NCBI RefSeq assembly: GCF_000025945.1 | Contig: NC_006138.1 | Location: 540,001-572,000 of the forward strand | Direction: 5' to 3' | Source of the DNA: Desulfotalea psychrophila LSv54 | GTDB lineage: Bacteria > Desulfobacterota > Desulfobulbia > Desulfobulbales > Desulfocapsaceae | DNA: 32,000 bases | Shown: in pieces, positions 9,978 to 18,900 of the stretch | How positions within the stretch are numbered: position 1 is the first letter of the stretch | How the letters are laid out: each line of letters starts with the position of its first letter | Position numbers and translations under genes: made by a program | Notes under the pieces: model-generated | What the model saw: only the letters and a program-made list of their open reading frames with translations | The model's database searches: none | Told to the model about the DNA's origin: nothing

Positions 9978-12900
9978 TTAATTGCTAGTTCCATCGTCAA
10001 AGATAATATGAATATTATCCAGCGCATTGTCGCTGTCAGTTGATAATGTAACTTGTATAGAATCACTACCATTTGAGAAGAGACCACCATCATGAACCCA
10101 CGTTCCTGTAGAGTTTTCTACATCGACAGTAACAGTGTCATTCGCCCCACCTTTAAGTTCAAGGACATGGATTATTTCACCTTCAGTTGTCGTCGTGAGC
10201 GACGTCATATCAAGAACATTATCCAGGGTTAGATTAATATTTTGAGCTGCAGGATCTGTAAGATCCAACCTTTCAATGTTTTGCACAGTTCCTTCTGCAA
10301 GATGACTAAAATCCAGTACTGCATCAGAGATCAACAGAGTGTCAAAGCCTCCACCACCGTCGATCCGTGTATCGGCTGCATCGAAGACGATGGTGTCATC
10401 ACCCTCGCCGGCATCGATGGTATCGCGCCCCTCTCCACCGTCAAGGTATTCGGAACTATCACTCCCCAGAAGATAGTCATTGCCCTCTTCACCGGATAGG
10501 GCTGCCTGCCCGTCCAAAATGACCCTTGAGGATCCACCTGCTTCGGTGTTATAGATACCAGATGTTTGTGTTCCGTCACTGAAGGCAACGGTAATACTTA
10601 CACCAGAGGTGCCAAAGTCTTCTCCGTTATTCTCCCCAAGATGGTCAGTATCAGCTCGGAACCAAAATTGATCTTGATTTGTGAACTCATCAGGATGAAA
10701 TGTAAATGTGAGCCTGCTACCACCATTTTCAGTAGTAAATCCAACATTATATGAATCAATACCAGCTGTGTCTTCGCCAATTTTCAAGTGATGATCTGAT
10801 AGATCAAAAATAGCATTTTCATTACCACCTGCACGTAAATCAAATGTAACAGCAGTAATAGAAATCGCTGCTTTGCCAGTGAATATCAGGCCAATCTGAT
10901 TGTCTGTGTAATATGTGTTTCCCGGACGTACTATTGCCTCAACAGTATAATCCACACTTTCTGCTGTATTAATAATCACATCATCACCTGATGTGCCAGT
11001 TAACTTAGAGGCGTTAGTCCGTGTAACATCAACCTTGGCTCTGTCACTTGCATTGCCTGAGGAAATTTCATAGGTGAACGATTCCCCATCTGCAACATTG
11101 GCCAAGGTAACTCCAGCCGATGTTGTTAAGAGATCTGTGCCACTCCCTGCTGCAACGGATGTCACAGACGTATTTCCTGTCCCGGAATCATTGGCAAGAA
11201 GTACATCATAATCGATATCTAGGCTAGTACCTTCATCTGCATTAGTGATAATACTGTCATAGTTTGCATCTAAATTTGCGACGTAATCCAGATGAATAAC
11301 AAGATCGACAGACTTGCTATCACCATCCTTATCTACGCCTGTAATGACAAATTTTTCCTCTTCCCCCAAGACTGTATTCTGAGGATTGATAAGGTAGATA
11401 TACTCTCCGGTTTCATAGTTTATATCAATGGTGCCTCCACGGTCAGTGTTGATACTTTCCGTTACCTTAGTAACTGGGACATATTTATGAAGAGTACCAT
11501 CAACGAGAATCGACTGAATATGGCCTCCATCGGCACCAAGAACAATACCACCATCACCAGACGCCATAAGGACTGAGGCATCGCCATGGGCAACACCTTC
11601 CCCTACGGTGTCGAGTAGGGTTTGCTTCAGATCAAAGGCATTAAGCACCTTAGTGAGATAAGGTTCCAGATCCCCATCGCCATCGGCGAAGGCGATTGGG
11701 GCCAGGGCCTCCAAACTCACACTGTTTGTAATACCAATGCCAAAGGAAATATCAATATCATTGTCTGTCACAAATTCTTCCCAATCTACTTTTGCATGAA
11801 GTGCACCATGATATTGATGAGGTTCACCATCAGAGATAAAATAGACTAGCGTTTTAGCAGCTGGTGGAGCCCAATAGCCTTCTGCAGTTTTATCTAAAGC
11901 ATTGTCATAACATGTGCCACCATTATCTGGAATAATATTATCAAGATAGGTATTAGCCCCATGTTTATCATCGATATACCATTCTGATTTCTCAGCATTA
12001 CTATCAAAGGGAACAAATTGAATATTAACATTGCCGAGGTTATCATAGGAGTCAAACATCGATGACAATGCCTCCTTGGCAACCTCTATTCGCGTAGAAT
12101 CAGTTCCCTCCAACGAGTAATCCATACTGCCCGATTTATCCAAGACAATAATCAGGTTTATTGTCTGGGATGCAGCGCTGCTATCCTCAATATTGTTGGA
12201 GATATTGGTTCCAACAGGGGCGTCATCAATGATCGAAATATCCAAATGTGACTCCACAGTATGTGGCTTACCATGCTGAACCTCATAGCTAATACTATCA
12301 ACTACACTATCCCCATCACTGCTCTTCGTGAGAGTATAAATATAATCCCCAGCCGAATGCCCATCAGCAGCTTTTGTATAAACCGTGATAGTTCCATGAT
12401 CTGTCTCTACGGTGATAGTATTTTCCCGCCTGGAGCCATCTTTATCTGCCACACTGACAATACGCCCACCATCCTCACCAAGCAAATTCCCCTCAGTGAT
12501 AATCGCCGCACTAGGGTCAGTACCCGCACTTTGCTCAGTAGCCTCAGCAAGACCTGCCTCATAGACAATGGCATTTGATCCTACAGAGGGGGTGACATTC
12601 AAGGTTACTGTTGCAACGTTTGATGTAGCGCCCTCTGTATCATCAACAGTATACGTAAAGGTATCTAGGCCGTGATAACCCTCATTTGGCTCATAGGTGA
12701 CAGTGCCATCGTCATGTCTGGTTACTGTGCCATGATCTGGTGGATCTGTGATAACTATTTTGCTTACATCAATTTCACCATCTATATCAGAATCATTGTC
12801 GGTGAGATTTAGGGTGATGGTGCTATCATTCCTGACATCAATTGATCCGGTCTCGGCATGTGATAAGTTATCTTTTGTCCATACATTCTTGCCATTACTA

Positions 12901-15900
12901 TCAAGCAAGTCTAAATCAAAGACATAGGCGCCACCCTGATCCCAGTAAATAATCTCTACATCATGCAAGCCTTCCTTCAGCGACAATGTAACCGGCTCTT
13001 CTATCTTAGTGGATGTAATAGCGTCATACCTGAACACGCTTACCCCATCTATGCGTAGATCAAAACCATCATCATGGGCAACGTTGAAGGTATAGTCGCC
13101 ACCATTTGTGATATTAAGCATACCCTCCATATGAAGAATACCATTGGTTGCATCTTCTAGACTACCATCTTTTATTGACTCTTCATTGTAGACCAGATCC
13201 TTACTACCACCTTTAATAAACTCTTTTAAGTGACTATCATCAATTGCATCTTTATTTTCATTTAAAATGATACCATCGGTTAAATTTCCCCTCATCACCC
13301 ACTCATGAGGGTCATAATTTCCATCACCGTTGCGATCGGTGTAACCATAGTTGATATCGGTGGAAATAAATGTCGCGTCAGCATCATTGCCTGAAATCAC
13401 TCGCTGCGCATCAGTTATATTAGCAATATGATGATCAACCCCATAATACTCAGAATGTAATCCACCAGTGACGTGCACTGGATCATCTATTGCTATTGGT
13501 GCCACGTTATAATCTTCAGTGTCAGTCACAGGGGTTGCTGTATTTCCCGCTGCATCGGTGGCAACAAAGCTTGCATTAATGGTCGTATCAGAATCCGCTG
13601 CAAGATCGCTTCCTGCTACATTTATACTGAAACGACCACCAGCTAATACACCACCGGTTGACTCAACTCCGTTTATCGTCAGGGTTACAATATCACCTGC
13701 TGTGAATTCTCCTGTTACACGACCAGTAATTGCTATTGTCTCATTTGCTTCTGTAGCGTTGATAACATCGTCTGCTGTAATATTTGGTGTAAGGGTAATT
13801 GTCGCAATTGGAGCGGTGGTATCACTGAGCTCTAAAGGCTCACTTGCCGGCGTCGCATCATTGCCAGCTGCATCACTGACATCTGCCGTAACAGTGTAGC
13901 TACCATGATCATCATAACCATTCAGATCCTGGTCTGTTAAAATCCAAATGTTGTCTGTAACCTCCGCGGTGCCAAGAAATACTGTTGTAGGATTCAATGG
14001 ATCGCTACTGTCGACAAGATTCACGGTGACAAACTGACCATTTTCAACATCAGTTGTCGTACCACTTATGCTTACATCGTCGTCTTCCGTATCGTCGGCT
14101 ATATTGTCACCTTCAATAGGGGTGTTAATGCTCACCGTAGGAACAGTCGTATCACTGAGTTCTAAAGCCTGTACTGCCTGCGTCGCTACGTTACCTGCTG
14201 CATCACTTACATCTGCCGTAATCGTGTAGTCGGAGTGATCAGCGTAAATACTCAGATTATGGTCTGCTAAAGTCCAGGTGTTACCCGTAACTGCGGCAGT
14301 ACCAAGAACTACTGTAACTGGATTGGCTGAATCGCTATTGTCAACAAGACTCACGGTCACATTCTGACCATCTTCAACACCGATGGTCGTTCCACTTATG
14401 CTTACATCATCGTCTTCCGTATCGTCGGCTATATTGTCGCCTTCAATAGGGGTATTAATGCTCACCGTAGGAACAGTCGTATCACTAAGTTCTAAAGCCT
14501 GTACTGCCTGTGTCGCTGCGTTACCTGCTGCATCACTTACATCTGCCGTAATCGTGTAGTCGGAGTGATCAGCGTAAATACTCAGATTATGGTCTGCTAA
14601 AGTCCAGGTGTTACCCGTAACTGCGGCAGTACCAAGAACTACTGTAACTGGATTGGCTGAATCGCTATTGTCAACAAGACTCACGGTCACATTCTGACCA
14701 TCTTCAACACCGATGGTCGTTCCACTTATGCTTACATCATCGTCTTCCGTATCGTCGGCTATATTGTCGCCTTCAATAGGGGTATTAATGCTCACCGTAG
14801 GAACAGTCGTATCACTAAGTTCTAAAGCCTGTACTGCCTGTGTCGCTGCGTTACCTGCTGCATCACTTACATCTGCCGTAATCGTGTAGTCGGAGTGATC
14901 AGCGTAAATACTCAGATTATGGTCTGCTAAAGTCCAGGTGTTACCCGTAACTGCGGCAGTACCAAGAACTACTGTAACTGGATTGGCTGAATCGCTATTG
15001 TCAACAAGACTCACGGTCACATTCTGACCATCTTCAACACCGATGGTCGTTCCACTTATGCTTACATCATCGTCTTCCGTATCGTCGGCTATATTGTCGC
15101 CTTCAATAGGGGTATTAATGCTCACCGTAGGAACAGTCGTATCACTAAGTTCTAAAGCCTGTACTGCCTGTGTCGCTGCGTTACCTGCTGCATCACTTAC
15201 ATCTGCCGTAATCGTGTAGTCGGAGTGATCAGCGTAAATACTCAGATTATGGTCTGCTAAAGTCCAGGTGTTACCCGTAACTGCGGCAGTACCAAGAACT
15301 ACTGTAACTGGATTGGCTGAATCGCTATTGTCAACAAGACTCACGGTCACATTCTGACCATCTTCAACACCGATGGTCGTTCCACTTATGCTTACATCAT
15401 CGTCTTCCGTATCGTCGGCTATATTGTCGCCTTCAATAGGGGTATTAATGCTCACCGTAGGAACAGTCGTATCACTAAGTTCTAAAGCCTGTACTGCCTG
15501 TGTCGCTGCGTTACCTGCTGCATCACTTACATCTGCCGTAATCGTGTAGTCGGAGTGATCAGCGTAAATACTCAGATTATGGTCTGCTAAAGTCCAGGTG
15601 TTACCCGTAACTGCGGCAGTACCAAGAACTACTGTAACTGGATTGGCTGAATCGCTATTGTCAACAAGACTCACGGTCACATTCTGACCATCTTCAACAC
15701 CGATGGTCGTTCCACTTATGCTTACATCATCGTCTTCCGTATCGTCGGCTATATTGTCGCCTTCGATCGGTGCGGTAATGCTCACCGTAGGAACAGTCGT
15801 ATCACTGAGTTCTAAAGCCTGTACTGCCTGTGTCGCTACGTTACCTGCTGCATCACTTACATCTGCCGTAATCGTGTAGTCGGAGTGATCAGCGTAAATA

Positions 15901-18900
15901 CTCAGATTATGGTCTGCTAAAGTCCAGGTGTTACCCGTAACTGCGGCAGTACCAAGAACTACTGTAACTGGATTGGCTGAATCGCTATTGTCAACAAGAC
16001 TCACGGTCACATTCTGACCATCTTCAACACCGATGGTCGTTCCACTTATGCTTACATCGTCGTCTTCCGTATCGTCGGCTATATTGTCGCCTTCGATCGG
16101 TGCGGTAATGCTCACCGTAGGAACAGTCGTATCACTGAGTTCTAAAGTCTGTACTGCCTGTGTCGCTGCGTTACCTGCTGCATCACTTACATCTGCCGTA
16201 ATCGTGTAGTCGGAGTGATCAGCGTAAATACTCAGATTATGGTCTGCTAAAGTCCAGGTGTTACCCGTAACTGCGGCAGTACCAAGAACTACTGTAACTG
16301 GATTGGCTGAATCGCTATTGTCAACAAGACTCACGGTCACATTCTGACCATCTTCAACACCGATGGTCGTTCCACTTATGCTTACATCGTCGTCTTCCGT
16401 ATCGTCGGCTATATTGTCGCCTTCGATCGGTGCGGTAATGCTCACCGTAGGAACAGTCGTATCACTGAGTTCTAAAGTCTGTACTGCCTGTGTCGCTGCG
16501 TTACCTGCTGCATCACTTACATCTGCCGTAATCGTGTAGTCGGAGTGATCAGCGTAAATACTCAGATTATGGTCTGCTAAAGTCCAGGTGTTACCCGTAA
16601 CTGCGGCAGTACCAAGAACTACTGTAACTGGATTGGCTGAATCGCTATTGTCAACAAGACTCACGGTCACATTCTGACCATCTTCAACACCGATGGTCGT
16701 TCCACTTATGCTTACATCGTCGTCTTCCGTATCGTCGGCTATATTGTCGCCTTCAATAGGGGTATTAATGCTCACCGTAGGAACAGTCGTATCACTGAGT
16801 TCTAAAGCCTGTACTGCCTGTGTCGCTGCGTTACCTGCTGCATCACTTACATCTGCCGTAATCGTGTAGTCGGAGTGATCAGCGTAAATACTCAGATTAT
16901 GGTCTGCTAAAGTCCAGGTGTTACCCGTAACTGCGGCAGTACCAAGAACTACTGTAACTGGATTGGCTGAATCGCTATTGTCAACAAGACTCACGGTCAC
17001 ATTCTGACCATCTTCAACACCGATGGTCGTTCCACTTATGCTTACATCGTCGTCTTCCGTATCGTCGGCTATATTGTCGCCTTCAATAGGGGTATTAATG
17101 CTCACCGTAGGAACAGTCGTATCACTGAGTTCTAAAGCCTGTACTGCCTGTGTCGCTGCGTTACCTGCTGCATCACTTACATCTGCCGTAATCGTGTAGT
17201 CGGAGTGATCAGCGTAAATACTCAGATTATGGTCTGCTAAAGTCCAGGTGTTACCCGTAACTGCGGCAGTACCAAGAACTACTGTAACTGGATTGGCTGA
17301 ATCGCTATTGTCAACAAGACTCACGGTCACATTCTGACCATCTTCAACACCGATGGTCGTTCCACTTATGCTTACATCGTCGTCTTCCGTATCGTCGGCT
17401 ATATTGTCGCCTTCGATCGGTGCGGCAATGCTCACCGTAGGAACAGTCGTATCACTGAGTTCTAAAGTCTGTACTGCCTGTGTCGCTGCGTTACCTGCTG
17501 CATCACTTACATCTGCCGTAATCGTGTAGTCGGAGTGATCAGCGTAAATACTCAGATTATGGTCTGCTAAAGTCCAGGTGTTACCCGTAACTGCGGCAGT
17601 ACCAAGAACTACTGTAACTGGATTGGCTGAATCGCTATTGTCAACAAGACTCACGGTCACATTCTGACCATCTTCAACACCGATGGTCGTTCCACTTATG
17701 CTTACATCGTCGTCTTCCGTATCGTCGGCTATATTGTCGCCTTCAATAGGGGTATTAATGCTCACCGTAGGAACAGTCGTATCACTGAGTTCTAAAGCCT
17801 GTACTGCCTGTGTCGCTGCGTTACCTGCTGCATCACTTACATCTGCCGTAATCGTGTAGTCGGAGTGATCAGCGTAAATACTCAGATTATGGTCTGCTAA
17901 AGTCCAGGTGTTACCCGTAACTGCGGCAGTACCAAGAACTACTGTAACTGGATTGGCTGAATCGCTATTGTCAACAAGACTCACGGTCACATTCTGACCA
18001 TCTTCAACACCGATGGTCGTTCCACTTATGCTTACATCGTCGTCTTCCGTATCGTCGGCTATATTGTCGCCTTCGATCGGTGCGGCAATGCTCACCGTAG
18101 GAACAGTCGTATCACTGAGTTCTAAAGTCTGTACTGCCTGTGTCGCTGCGTTACCTGCTGCATCACTTACATCTGCCGTAATCGTGTAGTCGGAGTGATC
18201 AGCGTAAATACTCAGATTATGGTCTGCTAAAGTCCAGGTGTTACCCGTAACTGCGGCAGTACCAAGAACTACTGTAACTGGATTGGCTGAATCGCTATTG
18301 TCAACAAGACTCACGGTCACATTCTGACCATCTTCAACACCGATGGTCGTTCCACTTATGCTTACATCGTCGTCTTCCGTATCGTCGGCAACATTATCCA
18401 CTTCTATAGGGTTATCTATACTCACCGTCGGGGCAGTTGTATCACCCATAGTAGCTGTACCGCTACCAGAAACAGAGATATTTCCAGCCTGATCGGTGAG
18501 GGTTGCACTTACGGTTATTCCATCACCATCCGCTGGTCGGTCGTATTCAAGTTTGAGTCCGCTATCAATAATATCCTGGGTTACAGGATGTGCTGTTACA
18601 GTTCCATCGGGGTTGGTTACATTAAGAACATCATCTACTAATGCACCAGCAGGTGCTGTAACAGTTACATCAACCTTACCGTCAATCTCGGTATTACTAA
18701 TAGTTCCGTCAGTATCACGATCTTCGCTAATAACAACCGTTGGCGCTACGGTGGCTGTTGTATCCCCCATAGTAGCTGTACCGCTACCAGAACCAGAGGT
18801 ATTCCCAGCCTGATCGGTGAGGGTTGCACTTACGGTTATGCCATCACCATCCGCTGGTCGGTCGTATTCAAGTTTGAGTCCGTTATCAAGAATATCCTGG

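Noticed and set aside
10242-13899. Plus-strand ORFs antisense to the adhesin (10242..10499, 11292..11576, 12261..12578, 13519..13899 and others)
   Set aside because: They overlap a strongly supported gene on the other strand, and no domain or RBS support was seen.
14131-18420. Long perfectly periodic repeats, considered as CRISPR array or satellite DNA
   Set aside because: The 330-bp period is a multiple of 3, there are no unique spacers, and the whole array is in frame within the 3413-aa minus-strand ORF.
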